Below, piece by piece: positions 19,875 through 30,080 of a DNA stretch of 64,000 nt. The notes under the pieces were generated by a model. It saw only the letters and a program-made list of their open reading frames with translations. It had not been told where the DNA came from and ran no database searches. The stretch's first letter is position 1. Each line of letters opens with the position of its first letter. Origin of the DNA: Patescibacteria group bacterium. Its GTDB lineage: Bacteria > Patescibacteriota > Microgenomatia > UBA8517. The stretch spans positions 117,940 to 181,939 of the forward strand of contig JAOAEL010000001.1 of the NCBI GenBank assembly GCA_026416845.1, in the 5' to 3' direction. Position numbers and translations under genes: made by a program.

Positions 19875-20771
19875 TCAACTAAACATTGCCAAAACTGCCT
19901 CATCTGATAACTTAATGTGTTTTTTTTCTTTTCTTCTAAAACTCGCAATTAAACCAATTTTTGTAAGCGCCATAATAACTACAACAATATATCCTGGATG
20001 CAACAAAGACCTATTGATTAAACCAAAAATATGCTTTTTCATCAGACTTTTCGAAGTAATATTCTTCCACATAAAAATAAGATGATTCCTTTCTTGAATC
20101 CTCATTTTAAATTTTTTATCAATGGCTCTTGTTGTGCCTTCGTGAATATGTGAAACAATAGCTTTTGGTTCCCACAAACATTTATAACCTCTCTTCCAAG
20201 CGCGATAGCTCAAATCAACATCTTCCCAGTAAAAAGGACTAAACAGATTAGCATCCATACCTGAAAGTTTTAGATAATAACTTCTTCTAAAAACACCAGA
20301 ACCTCCGCTAACCCACATAGTTTTTGTGGTTTCTTTCAATTCATCCAAACCTTTGTGAACAAAATAACCATTTTCAAAACTCCCAATAGCAGGCCCGTAA
20401 CCTCTTTCATGAAAAGATACACCAAAAACGGAAATATCTTCAAAATGTTTCAAGGTTGGAAATACAAAATTTTCGCTCACACTAACATCATTGTTAAGCA
20501 AGACAACCAGACTGCAACGTGAATTTTTAACTCCAGTATTAACAGCAAAAGAAAAACCGCGATTCTTTGAATGACGAAAAATTTTCACTTGCGGATATTT
20601 TTCTTTAATGTATGCGACACTATCATCAGTTGAACAGTCATCTACAACAATTATCTCCTTAATCATATTTAAATTATTTTTGCTAGCTTTTATCACTGAA
20701 GGCAAATGCTTTTTTAACAAATGCTTACCATTATAGTTAGGGATAATAACTGATACCGAGTTTTTATTCAT
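19875..20771 (-). CDS. Glycosyltransferase family 2
   Basis: VSVIIPNYNGKHLLKKHLPSV...VVDDCSTDDS...LLNNDV is a GT2 signature. Confidence 0.75.
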   Translation of the reverse strand: MNKNSVSVIIPNYNGKHLLKKHLPSVIKASKNNLNMIKEIIVVDDCSTDDSVAYIKEKYPQVKIFRHSKNRGFSFAVNTGVKNSRCSLVVLLNNDVSVSENFVFPTLKHFEDISVFGVSFHERGYGPAIGSFENGYFVHKGLDELKETTKTMWVSGGSGVFRRSYYLKLSGMDANLFSPFYWEDVDLSYRAWKRGYKCLWEPKAIVSHIHEGTTRAIDKKFKMRIQERNHLIFMWKNITSKSLMKKHIFGLINRSLLHPGYIVVVIMALTKIGLIASFRRKEKKHIKLSDEAVLAMFS

Positions 20772-23119
20772 TTTTCTTTGCGATAATTGCTATAAATTGT
20801 AAAAAAAGATAAAAACAAAAAAGTGGCAAGACTAATCCAGAGAGAATAATAAAATGTTTTTGGCTTATAAAACATCTCTATTTTATTTGTGCCAGCATTC
20901 ACATAAAAAGACTGAAAAATTAGATTTGCTTTAAATATTTTAGCCGGCAAACCGTTAACATATAATTTCCAACTGTCATCATAGCTAACCGAGTGAAAAA
21001 CATACGAATCTATTGAAGTTTCAATTTCAAAAGATATTTTGTTCTTACCAAGCAAATAATTTGTAACTTTATATTCAGGCTCTTCATTTGATGAAACTAC
21101 CAACTTTTCCTCTAAAAATATATATTTACCTTTTGTTGTTAGCATTTTTTGTATTAATTCTTTTTGATCACTTACAAAAAACACCTGATTAGACAACCAA
21201 ACTCTAGGCAAATAGAAAAGGTATTCATACACAGATATTCTCCCTTCATCAAAAACTTTTTTATAATTTTCAATGTTATTGCCGTTGTACAAATAACCAT
21301 TAACATCAATTCCACCCAGTCTATTTTTGGGATAATCAATAATATACTTCAGATTTGAATATGCCAAAAGCGGGGAAGAAAAATTATGCACCAATCCATA
21401 ACGTCCACTCAACGCAGATAAGTCCCCCTTGTTTACAACAGAATACCATTTGCTATTAATTTCTGGATAAATTGAATCATAACCTTCTACCGACTGAATA
21501 CGAAAAGGCATGAAGAGATTTAAAGGAATTCCTCCCGCAATTCTAAATTGCTCTTTTTCTGAGTGTTGTTTTAAAAAAGAAATTATCCTAGTTTCAGGAA
21601 AAACAAACTCTCTTTGAGAAAAAGGCGTATTTTTGTTTGCATACCAAACCATTTCAAATGTTAACAAAAATAAAAGTATATATCTTGCGTAATTCAATTT
21701 ATTAAATCTCTTGGCTGTATAAATTACAAAAACCATAAAAATCAGTACCAACGTAGCAGGAATCATATTTTTTAGAGAAACCTGCATTTTATTTTGATCA
21801 TTAGGGAAGAGATTAATACCATAGACTGAAATATATGGAGTAAAATAAATGAAAATTCCAATCCCTGCAGTAATCAACAACAAAACCAAACAAATTTTTA
21901 ATATTAAATTCGAACTGCCTTTTACTTCATCAAATCTCAATGCCGATAAAGTAGCAGCAAAAAAACCAACAACAAATAGTATTCTGCTTGCGGAGCTTGT
22001 GCCTAATCCCGGGATATTCAAAATGTACGGCAGATATGCCAAGGGTGTGGGGAAAAGCATTATTAAAGAAAACAAAATACCAATTTTAAAATATTTTTCA
22101 GATCTTGTTTTGCTTCTTTTAATAAAACCAAAAATTAAAAACACAAGAGCTGTAACACCAAAAAAAGCCATATATTCATGAAAACCAAATTTGCCCCAAT
22201 AATTTCCGGTGACAACGTTTCCATAAAAATCCGGCCATATAAAGTTTGTGATTTTGTGCCAATGCATAATTCCATAAAAATACTCAACAATATAAGGGTC
22301 GTCGCGACGTATTGAACTTAAATACAATTCCAAAGTTGGCAAAAGTTGTGGCAAAGATAAAAATACACCGAAAATTTGTCCAAGTATCGCCTTGATGAGA
22401 ATCTTGATCTTCTCATGAAACAAATAAAAAGCGTAAGTAAAATAAATGACAGTTATGTATAACGGCACTTGAAAATCACCAGCAGTGTAAACAAAGAAAA
22501 AACCTATTGAGATTAAAAATATGTACAAGAAGTTTTGTCTATTTGAATATTTATGCAAGCACCAAAGCAAAAAAGGCAACCATAAACCAGCGTGGCCACC
22601 AGTTGCAAATTCCAACCAAGCAATCATATAACCACTGTAAGAAAAAGCAATTGCCCCAAATAAAGATGCCAACTGTGATAAATTTAATTTCTTTAAAAAC
22701 AAATATGTAAAAACACCCGACAATAAAACTTGTGAATATACAAGCAAGCTCCAAGCATCAATATCATTTAAAAAAAGGTAAAAAACATTAAGAGGATAAA
22801 GCACAGCCGAATGTAGTGTTGCCAAAAATGGACTTCCAGAAAACATATAATGATTCCATAAAGGGACAGATCCGTTTCTCCAAAATTCTCCCACAAGTTG
22901 CCTCCAAGGATAGAATTGAGAAAAAGCATCGGTTTTCTCCAAATTTTTTATTGGGATACCAGTTGGATAATCATCCCAAGATATTTCCGTCCAAGGGATA
23001 TGCGCCCCAACCAAAGCATCGACAGGCAATGGAACTTTACCATTCAAAAAGTAAGGGTGAAAAAATATTGCTGAGATTAAAAATATATAAAAAAAACAAA
23101 GCCAATTTGAAAACTTCAT
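20768..23119 (-). CDS. Large polytopic membrane protein, YfhO-like (GT-C type glycosyltransferase candidate)
   Basis: 783 aa. N-terminal FFHPYFLNGKVPLPVDALVGAHIPW and overall TM-rich organisation with a C-terminal soluble domain resemble the YfhO family. Family call is tentative. Confidence 0.5.
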   Translation of the reverse strand: MKFSNWLCFFYIFLISAIFFHPYFLNGKVPLPVDALVGAHIPWTEISWDDYPTGIPIKNLEKTDAFSQFYPWRQLVGEFWRNGSVPLWNHYMFSGSPFLATLHSAVLYPLNVFYLFLNDIDAWSLLVYSQVLLSGVFTYLFLKKLNLSQLASLFGAIAFSYSGYMIAWLEFATGGHAGLWLPFLLWCLHKYSNRQNFLYIFLISIGFFFVYTAGDFQVPLYITVIYFTYAFYLFHEKIKILIKAILGQIFGVFLSLPQLLPTLELYLSSIRRDDPYIVEYFYGIMHWHKITNFIWPDFYGNVVTGNYWGKFGFHEYMAFFGVTALVFLIFGFIKRSKTRSEKYFKIGILFSLIMLFPTPLAYLPYILNIPGLGTSSASRILFVVGFFAATLSALRFDEVKGSSNLILKICLVLLLITAGIGIFIYFTPYISVYGINLFPNDQNKMQVSLKNMIPATLVLIFMVFVIYTAKRFNKLNYARYILLFLLTFEMVWYANKNTPFSQREFVFPETRIISFLKQHSEKEQFRIAGGIPLNLFMPFRIQSVEGYDSIYPEINSKWYSVVNKGDLSALSGRYGLVHNFSSPLLAYSNLKYIIDYPKNRLGGIDVNGYLYNGNNIENYKKVFDEGRISVYEYLFYLPRVWLSNQVFFVSDQKELIQKMLTTKGKYIFLEEKLVVSSNEEPEYKVTNYLLGKNKISFEIETSIDSYVFHSVSYDDSWKLYVNGLPAKIFKANLIFQSFYVNAGTNKIEMFYKPKTFYYSLWISLATFLFLSFFTIYSNYRKEK

Positions 23120-24150
23120 ACAATCTCTTTCACTTTCTTAAAAAAAACCTCCAACGAAAATTGTTTGGCTTTTTTAGTTGCATTTTTTGAAACTTGTTTT
23201 TGCAAATTAACATTGGAAAAAATTTCTGCAGTCTTTTTTACCAACTGTGATTGTTCTCTCCATAAAAATCCATCTACGCCATCACTAACTATTTCCTTAT
23301 GCCCCCCAGCATTATATGCAAAAACAACAGTACCTGAAGCCATAGCCTCTACCAATGAAATGCCAAAATGCTCAACTTTTTGAGGATATTTAATCTCATC
23401 AACTCCAAACCCAGAAGCTGTCCAAAATATCTTGGCTTTGGTATAATAATTTTTTACTATCTCATAATCAACGCTTGTATAAATTTCAATTGGAAATCCT
23501 TCTGACAATCGAATAAGATTTTTCACATATTTATCAGCGCCAATATCAGCACCCCCAATTAAAATTAGTTTAAAGTTTTGAAACTCTTTATGTTTTACAT
23601 ACAATTTCTTAAAAGCGGATACCAAAACATCTTGACGCTTTGCCTGAGCAAGCTGGGAAAATCTACCAACAGAAAGAATAATATTTTCTTTAGTTTTAGA
23701 TGCCTTAAGATCAGAAACTGAGACTGGTGGATACAAAACTATGCTGTTAATTCCGTATTCATTGTCAATCACGCTTTTTGTAAAATTTGAATTACAAATT
23801 ACTTCTTTCACCCTAAAAAGCTTCATTTTATTAATCAAAGATCTGCCATCAACACCCTTAAACGGCACCTGAAAATGAATAAAATTTCTCCTTGCGCTCA
23901 TAAGAGGTATGCTCCCATCAGATACCCAAAAACACAAATCGTATCCGTTACCTTTTCTTATATCGTGAACAATATTGATTTTCTTTAGAGAAAGTCCAAA
24001 TCGAGACTCTAGTTTGTCTTTGATGGAAGTATCATGCCAAAACAAATCTACATTATAACCTAGCTTGTTTAAAGCTATTGCAAAACACAAACTATATCTT
24101 TCTCCACCACCGAATGTATCCAAATAAGGATTATAAATTGCGGCTTTCAT
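23116..24150 (-). CDS. Glycosyltransferase family 4
   Basis: EHFGISLVEAMASGTVVFAYNAGGHKEIVSDGVDGFL is a GT4 motif. Confidence 0.8.
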   Translation of the reverse strand: MKAAIYNPYLDTFGGGERYSLCFAIALNKLGYNVDLFWHDTSIKDKLESRFGLSLKKINIVHDIRKGNGYDLCFWVSDGSIPLMSARRNFIHFQVPFKGVDGRSLINKMKLFRVKEVICNSNFTKSVIDNEYGINSIVLYPPVSVSDLKASKTKENIILSVGRFSQLAQAKRQDVLVSAFKKLYVKHKEFQNFKLILIGGADIGADKYVKNLIRLSEGFPIEIYTSVDYEIVKNYYTKAKIFWTASGFGVDEIKYPQKVEHFGISLVEAMASGTVVFAYNAGGHKEIVSDGVDGFLWREQSQLVKKTAEIFSNVNLQKQVSKNATKKAKQFSLEVFFKKVKEIV

Positions 24151-24967
24151 TTACTTTTTCATTAACAATTTGTAACTCCCAAAGCTTAGCGTACGTAAAA
24201 AACTTGCTCCACATTTGATAAATTGCATATATTATCCCTTCTATACCATCTTTATAGCTTTTTTGGACAATCATTCTAAAAATTAACTCACTAAACATTA
24301 TACGCAAAAATCTCCACCAAACCATTTTAGGATGTTTCGCTTCATATAACATCTTTGCCTCTATCAAAGACCACTTGTTAGTTTTTGTAACCATATCAGT
24401 TAAATTATCATGCTTTAAATGAATAATTGGATTTGTAAGATAACCAAGTTCGCCTTTGTAGACAGGCTCTTCATGCAAATCATTTTTGTAACCAATCAAA
24501 CTTTTTTTAAGAAAAAATCTCTTTTGATAATCAGGCCACTGCCCACCATATCTCATCTCCTTGCCCAAAATAAAATTTCTTCTTGGCACAGCATACGCTT
24601 TTGGCAACGATTTGTCTTCGGATTTAATAATTCCTAATATTTCTTCACCCAAATCATCAGTTAATCTTTCATCCGCATCAAGATAAAAAATCCACTTGCC
24701 CAAAGCTATCTTTAGTCCAGCATTTCTCCAATCGCTATATGATCCGTTTTTTAATTCCAAAACTTTAGCGAAAAAACCTTTTGCTATTTGAACAGTTTTA
24801 TCCATTGAACCGCTATCAACTAAAACAATCTCATCTGCATATTTACTTGCAGATTTAAGACATTCATATATTTTTAACTCTTCATTTTTGGCAATCACAA
24901 TAACACTTAAGTTGACTTTTTTTGCTTTTCTTCTAACAATCGCATTTTTCATACTCAAGATAATCAA
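24131..24967 (-). CDS. Glycosyltransferase family 2
   Basis: LSVIVIAKNEELKIYECLKSASKYADEIVLVDSGSMDKT ... YLDADE is a GT2 signature. Confidence 0.7.
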   Translation of the reverse strand: MIILSMKNAIVRRKAKKVNLSVIVIAKNEELKIYECLKSASKYADEIVLVDSGSMDKTVQIAKGFFAKVLELKNGSYSDWRNAGLKIALGKWIFYLDADERLTDDLGEEILGIIKSEDKSLPKAYAVPRRNFILGKEMRYGGQWPDYQKRFFLKKSLIGYKNDLHEEPVYKGELGYLTNPIIHLKHDNLTDMVTKTNKWSLIEAKMLYEAKHPKMVWWRFLRIMFSELIFRMIVQKSYKDGIEGIIYAIYQMWSKFFTYAKLWELQIVNEKVNESRNL

Positions 24968-25899
24968 ACTTTAAAACTACCTTTGCCAAAATTACCGGCA
25001 TAAAAATCAATTACTCCCCTACGTTGCCATTCTCTGCCAAAAAACAAAAATTTCATAGACTCTCTAAAAAGAGCAAATTTGGCTCTTAAATTGGCATATT
25101 TAAACCCAAATAAAAGCCTGTTTCTTGTAATATAGTAATCATTAAGATCGCTTCCAATACGCGAGCTTTGAGCTACCTTATGCCAAATAACAGCGCTTGG
25201 CACATACAACAATTTAAAGCCATTTTTTTGAATTCTCAAAGATAAATCTGTGTCTTCCAAATACAAAAAATATCTTTCGTCAAAAAACCCAGATTCCAAA
25301 ATAGCCTGTGTTTTATATAAAACACAGGCTCCAGTTGCAAAATCTGTTTTACAGACTTGGTCAAATTGTCCAACATCCATTTGATCAACTCCATGGTTCG
25401 AAGCGTAAACATTATCCCAATCTATGTCGCCACCGGCATACCAGATTACTCTGCCTAAATCTTTTTTTTTGTATCTGTTTTTGTGATATTCATATCCTTT
25501 GGCAAAGTAAATCTTAGGAGACAAAGCGCCAATTTTTTTATCCGTCATCCCAACATCAATCAAATTTTTCAAAAAATTTTTATCAACATATGTGTCATTA
25601 TTTAAAACCAATATATAATCCGCAGATTTTTCAACCGCCATTCGCAAACCAACATTATTGCCGCCGGCAAAACCTAAATTTCTTTTGTTTTTAACAAGAG
25701 ACAAATTAAAAACACTAGATCTAAAAGAACTCACAAAATTTTCAAGTTTCGCAAGCTCAATATTGTTAGAACAATTGTCAACCACTAAAACCTCGATACA
25801 GAAATTTGCTTTATTAATTTTTGCCAGAGATTCCAGACATTCTTTTGTGTCTTCAAATCTATTCCAATTAAGAACAATAATAAAAACGGTCAAACTCAT
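24964..25899 (-). CDS. Glycosyltransferase family 2
   Basis: TVFIIVLNWNRFEDTKECLESL...VVDNCSNN...LNNDTYV is a GT2 signature. It contains an A9 tract in the coding region (25472-25480 on the + strand). Confidence 0.7.
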   Translation of the reverse strand: MSLTVFIIVLNWNRFEDTKECLESLAKINKANFCIEVLVVDNCSNNIELAKLENFVSSFRSSVFNLSLVKNKRNLGFAGGNNVGLRMAVEKSADYILVLNNDTYVDKNFLKNLIDVGMTDKKIGALSPKIYFAKGYEYHKNRYKKKDLGRVIWYAGGDIDWDNVYASNHGVDQMDVGQFDQVCKTDFATGACVLYKTQAILESGFFDERYFLYLEDTDLSLRIQKNGFKLLYVPSAVIWHKVAQSSRIGSDLNDYYITRNRLLFGFKYANLRAKFALFRESMKFLFFGREWQRRGVIDFYAGNFGKGSFKV

Positions 25900-25907
25900 A
25901 CCTTTTA

Positions 25908-26804
25908 CTAAAACCTAAACTTTCTTTTGATCCTATAAACCAAGCCTTTGCCCTCTCTCAAACAAGCATCTGCGTGCCAATAATTTTTCTCACTCTTAAC
26001 CTCTCTAAAAACTTGCTCCAACTCTTGAAGTGACAATTGCTCCTGCCTAAACTTTTGATATTGCCACACTTTTAGATAAACGATAAATTCTGAAAATGCC
26101 TGCAACAAAGACAAAGCCAAGCCATGCAAACCATCTTTATAACCACTGGATTGATAAAACCTTCTAATAAACTCGATAGATGGCTTATTAATTAAGTCTT
26201 TCCAAGAAAAATTGTAATTTTTCTTTATCAAATCATTCGCTTGCGCAGATGTGTAACGCAACATTTTTTGCAAATATTGATCAATAGTTTGATAATTGTG
26301 ATGAATTATTGCGTATTTTTCATTTTCTTCAATATCTTTGCCTTTCCCAGAAGCATCAGGAACCGAATGTATTTCGTTCTTCCAAACAACACAACCTTTT
26401 TTAAAAAAACGTATATTGTAATCAGGCCACCACATTGAATTTTTAATCCATTTGCCAAAGATTATGTTTTTCCTGGGTAGCCTATAATAATCAATTTCCT
26501 TTTGATTGCTAAACTTTCTAAGCAAATCTGATAATTTAGGACCTATTTCTTCATCCGCGTCAAGCACCAACACCCAATCGTGAGTAACTTTTGATATAGC
26601 AAAATTTCGCGCTGGTTCAACATAATTAGTTCTAGGATGCCGATAAACCTTTGCGCCAAATTTTTTGGCAATTTCGCATGTTTTATCTTCCGAATCCATA
26701 TCCACAACGACAACTTCATCGGCAAGATTTCTAACTGACTTAAAAACCTTAGGCAAATTTTTTTCCTCGTTTAAGGTATTAATAACCACAGATATTTTAG
26801 CCAT
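25908..26804 (-). CDS. Glycosyltransferase family 2
   Basis: ISVVINTLNEEKNLPKVFKSVRNLADEVVVVDMDSEDKT ... LVLDADEE is a GT2 signature. Confidence 0.7.
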   Translation of the reverse strand: MAKISVVINTLNEEKNLPKVFKSVRNLADEVVVVDMDSEDKTCEIAKKFGAKVYRHPRTNYVEPARNFAISKVTHDWVLVLDADEEIGPKLSDLLRKFSNQKEIDYYRLPRKNIIFGKWIKNSMWWPDYNIRFFKKGCVVWKNEIHSVPDASGKGKDIEENEKYAIIHHNYQTIDQYLQKMLRYTSAQANDLIKKNYNFSWKDLINKPSIEFIRRFYQSSGYKDGLHGLALSLLQAFSEFIVYLKVWQYQKFRQEQLSLQELEQVFREVKSEKNYWHADACLREGKGLVYRIKRKFRF

Positions 26805-26869
26805 AGTTAGATTATATCCTAAGCAACGCCTACAAGATTAAATCTCAATCAAATTTTAGACCTTATCTG

Positions 26870-28573
26870 CTATTCACTAACTTTGTAAATATCTACTTCT
26901 TGGTTTTCAAAAATTCTGTATATTCCCAGTTGCGACTCTCCCAACCTTGCTCTTTGTCCTTTTATCCAATAAATGTATTTTATGTTATTATCTTTTAAAA
27001 ATTTCTGCGCCTTGTCAGCTTCGTCTTCCAACAAAAAATCTTCCACCATTTTTCTTCTTTGTCTCCAATTAAAATTAGTTATGTCAAGATTTACTTCATC
27101 TTCCAAAAAAGTTGGTTTCTTTGAAAAAGCCGACACATAAGCCGTAGATTCATACAAATAAAGCGGTCTTGGAGGGTTGCTCATGGCATCGTACGCTTTT
27201 TGTCTATCAAAAGGATATGTTAAAACCACCCCATCTTCTTGCAATGCTAAAAACGAAAGAGCTTCCAATTCATAAATAGACAATTTGGCAGGGGGTCTAT
27301 CTGGCAAATATTGATTTAACGCAAAAATGGTAGTTGGCAATGTCAAAAAAATCAAAACAATAGACAAGATTACTTTAATCAATAAAACTCTTACATTCTC
27401 TAAAAAATTACTAAAGGCTATACCAGATAATATCCCCAAAAAGAAAATCGAATAATAAAAAAACTGAATGCTGTTCCAAGGAGTTCCAATCTGAACAAAA
27501 AAAGTGGGTATTACGGTTCCTACAATTAAAATGCTAAAAACAAAGACACTAATCCAATCTATATTTGTTAGATTTCTAAAACTTTTCATAATTTCCCAAA
27601 CACCCAAAATTCTAGTCCCTGAATTCCCAACAAAAAAAATAATAAAGGCAATGCCATAAGCAAGCGCTACTTTTAAATAATCACCGCTAAGTCTGTAATT
27701 TGTCATAGCGCTATAATATTTATCCCATCCAAGTCTGTCTGATAAAGCCACCATTGACTCTAAAAACCAAAAAGGTTGCCAAATAAAAGTCGATTCTTTT
27801 CCTAAAAACGGAATCAAAAAAATAAAAAGAATTGCCAAAGAAAAAAAAGAAAAAGGCAAAAGAAAATATTTTCTACTAAAAAATGCCATATACAATGAAG
27901 AAACTACAAATCCAAAAACAACAAGCAAGCCGGAATAAGCTTTGATTTGTACTAAAAATCCAAAGATTATAGAAGCTAAAAACAAACTCAATTTGTTATT
28001 GCGCGCAATTCCATAATTCGCAAAAATCAAAGCCAAAAGCATTAATATCAAAGAAAGCGCAAACGGCGGATTTATGAGAGTAGATATCCCTTGCTGTGAC
28101 CAAAACATGCTCTCTCCACCAAAATTTCCCGTCCTAAAAAAACCAACTAACCAACCCCAACTTCCACCAAAGTAAACAAAAAAAACGGCCCACATGGCAG
28201 AACCATGGGATTTTTTCCACTCAAAAACAAATTTGTAAGCTAAAAAACCTATAAAAAAAGCCAAAACAGGAGGTAAGATATGAAAATATATGTTTATGAT
28301 TGGAATTTTGGTTAAATTGTGAATAGTTGCAACTAAAAAACTAAAACCCAAGTGATAATTTTTTATTTCTTCGCCTGAATAAATCGGCATTTCTTTTGAA
28401 CCTTTTGCAATACTTTCGGCTAAAGAAATATGCCAAATTGCATCGTGACCATTTGCACCCCAAAAGCCCATTCCATAGTCATACACTAATCCGCTTTTAA
28501 CCATAGTTAAAGACCAAACAATCGTGCCTAACAATATAAGAAAATATTTGGCAATTTTATCTATCATTTTCAT
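26870..28573 (-). CDS. Polytopic membrane protein with a C-terminal soluble domain (GT-C-like candidate, family unknown)
   Basis: 567 aa. N-terminal ~400 aa are highly hydrophobic (10+ helices); the C-terminal ~150 aa are hydrophilic. No recognisable motif. Confidence 0.35.
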   Translation of the reverse strand: MKMIDKIAKYFLILLGTIVWSLTMVKSGLVYDYGMGFWGANGHDAIWHISLAESIAKGSKEMPIYSGEEIKNYHLGFSFLVATIHNLTKIPIINIYFHILPPVLAFFIGFLAYKFVFEWKKSHGSAMWAVFFVYFGGSWGWLVGFFRTGNFGGESMFWSQQGISTLINPPFALSLILMLLALIFANYGIARNNKLSLFLASIIFGFLVQIKAYSGLLVVFGFVVSSLYMAFFSRKYFLLPFSFFSLAILFIFLIPFLGKESTFIWQPFWFLESMVALSDRLGWDKYYSAMTNYRLSGDYLKVALAYGIAFIIFFVGNSGTRILGVWEIMKSFRNLTNIDWISVFVFSILIVGTVIPTFFVQIGTPWNSIQFFYYSIFFLGILSGIAFSNFLENVRVLLIKVILSIVLIFLTLPTTIFALNQYLPDRPPAKLSIYELEALSFLALQEDGVVLTYPFDRQKAYDAMSNPPRPLYLYESTAYVSAFSKKPTFLEDEVNLDITNFNWRQRRKMVEDFLLEDEADKAQKFLKDNNIKYIYWIKGQRARLGESQLGIYRIFENQEVDIYKVSE

Positions 28574-28574
28574 C

Positions 28575-30065
28575 TCAGTTTTTTCTAATGAATTGACTAA
28601 TTATTTTTTTGATATCTTTTACTAGATCGTCTCCTGCAAATAAATATAGAGTTGCTAAATAAATTAAACCGCCAAGCAAAATCAAAGCGATTAAAGAAAG
28701 TAAAGAAATTGTCATCAATTTGCTCAAAAGAAAAACAAAAATGCCCATCAAAACTGAGGAAAACAAAGGTTTATAGATAGCAAACGCGATATCAAACTTA
28801 AAAATTTTTCTTGCCACAAATATAGCAACAATAGAACTGGATCCAACAATCGCATAACCCAAAGCCGCCCCATTTACACCATGAAAAATTGATAAAACAG
28901 GAATAAAAAGCCAAGTCAATAAAACCCACATTAACATTAAATAAAATGTGATTTTTATTCTGCCAGTTGCATTCAACAAATTGGTCAATGGAGTGGTTGC
29001 GGCGGCAAACATAGTGTTTATGGAAACCAAAAACAAAGGCACCAAAGCAGGTCGCCACTTTTCATAGTTTGGCAGTAAATCTAAAACAAAAGAAGATAAG
29101 ACAACCATACCCACAACACTCGGAAAAATCAAAGCACAGACAAAAAAAATCGATTTATTCACCGCTTTTATAAGATAATCTTTCTGCTCCTGCATTCTTG
29201 AGAACGCGGGAAATGTCACTTTCATAACATTATCCATAATTAAACGCAGAGGCGTCTGCGACCACTTTTGCGCCCATCCCAAATACCCCACACCAGATGT
29301 CCCTATAATTCCTCCAATAAAAGCTGTAATTCCATCGTCTTTTATAGTTGCCAAAAATGTGTTTAGTTGATAAGGAATCCCAAAACGCAAAAGTTGTTTT
29401 AATTCAACAAAGGAAAACGCAAATCCTATATTCCATGGACGAATCACATAGATCGCAACAAGTCCAACTATAGCTCTAGCAAGGATAGCCCAGAAAAAAC
29501 TATCAACTCCATACCCTAGCCACGCCAAAAACACAGCAACAACATGGTAGGTTAGATTTTCCAAAAGATCAGGAATTATTAACTTCTCAAATTTCAGTTC
29601 TCGTTCCAATAAAACTGATGGAATAGTTTTGAGCGACGCAAGAAAAAAAGAAAAACCAAACGCGAAAAGAAGCATGGTCACCTGATTTGTAAGGTTATAA
29701 AACTTGACTAAAAATGGAGTTAAAAAAGCTAAAACAAGCAAAATAAACAAAACCAAGATCTGCTGAACAGTGAAAGTTGTTCTTAATTGAGTATTTGTTG
29801 GATTATCCTTTTTTTGAATCAACGAAGCGGCAAGACCAATATCAGAAAAATATCTCAGAAAACCAATTACAGCGGAAACTATTAAAAAAATACCTATCTC
29901 TGACTGATCCAAAAAAACCGTCAAGAAAAAGAAGGCAACAAGGGATAAAGCTTGCATAAAAAATGTCCTGCCACCCATTATTGCAATGCCTCTTACTGAT
30001 CTTAACTTCACATCTGATAAATCTAGATTTTCTATCGAGTTTGAGTGGCTAGTTTTTTTACTCAC
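28575..30065 (-). CDS. Wzx-like oligosaccharide flippase (polysaccharide biosynthesis protein family)
   Basis: 496 aa with about 12-14 TM helices. It is the second flippase-type protein in the block. Confidence 0.6.
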   Translation of the reverse strand: MSKKTSHSNSIENLDLSDVKLRSVRGIAIMGGRTFFMQALSLVAFFFLTVFLDQSEIGIFLIVSAVIGFLRYFSDIGLAASLIQKKDNPTNTQLRTTFTVQQILVLFILLVLAFLTPFLVKFYNLTNQVTMLLFAFGFSFFLASLKTIPSVLLERELKFEKLIIPDLLENLTYHVVAVFLAWLGYGVDSFFWAILARAIVGLVAIYVIRPWNIGFAFSFVELKQLLRFGIPYQLNTFLATIKDDGITAFIGGIIGTSGVGYLGWAQKWSQTPLRLIMDNVMKVTFPAFSRMQEQKDYLIKAVNKSIFFVCALIFPSVVGMVVLSSFVLDLLPNYEKWRPALVPLFLVSINTMFAAATTPLTNLLNATGRIKITFYLMLMWVLLTWLFIPVLSIFHGVNGAALGYAIVGSSSIVAIFVARKIFKFDIAFAIYKPLFSSVLMGIFVFLLSKLMTISLLSLIALILLGGLIYLATLYLFAGDDLVKDIKKIISQFIRKN

Positions 30066-30080
30066 AAACTTATTGTATCG

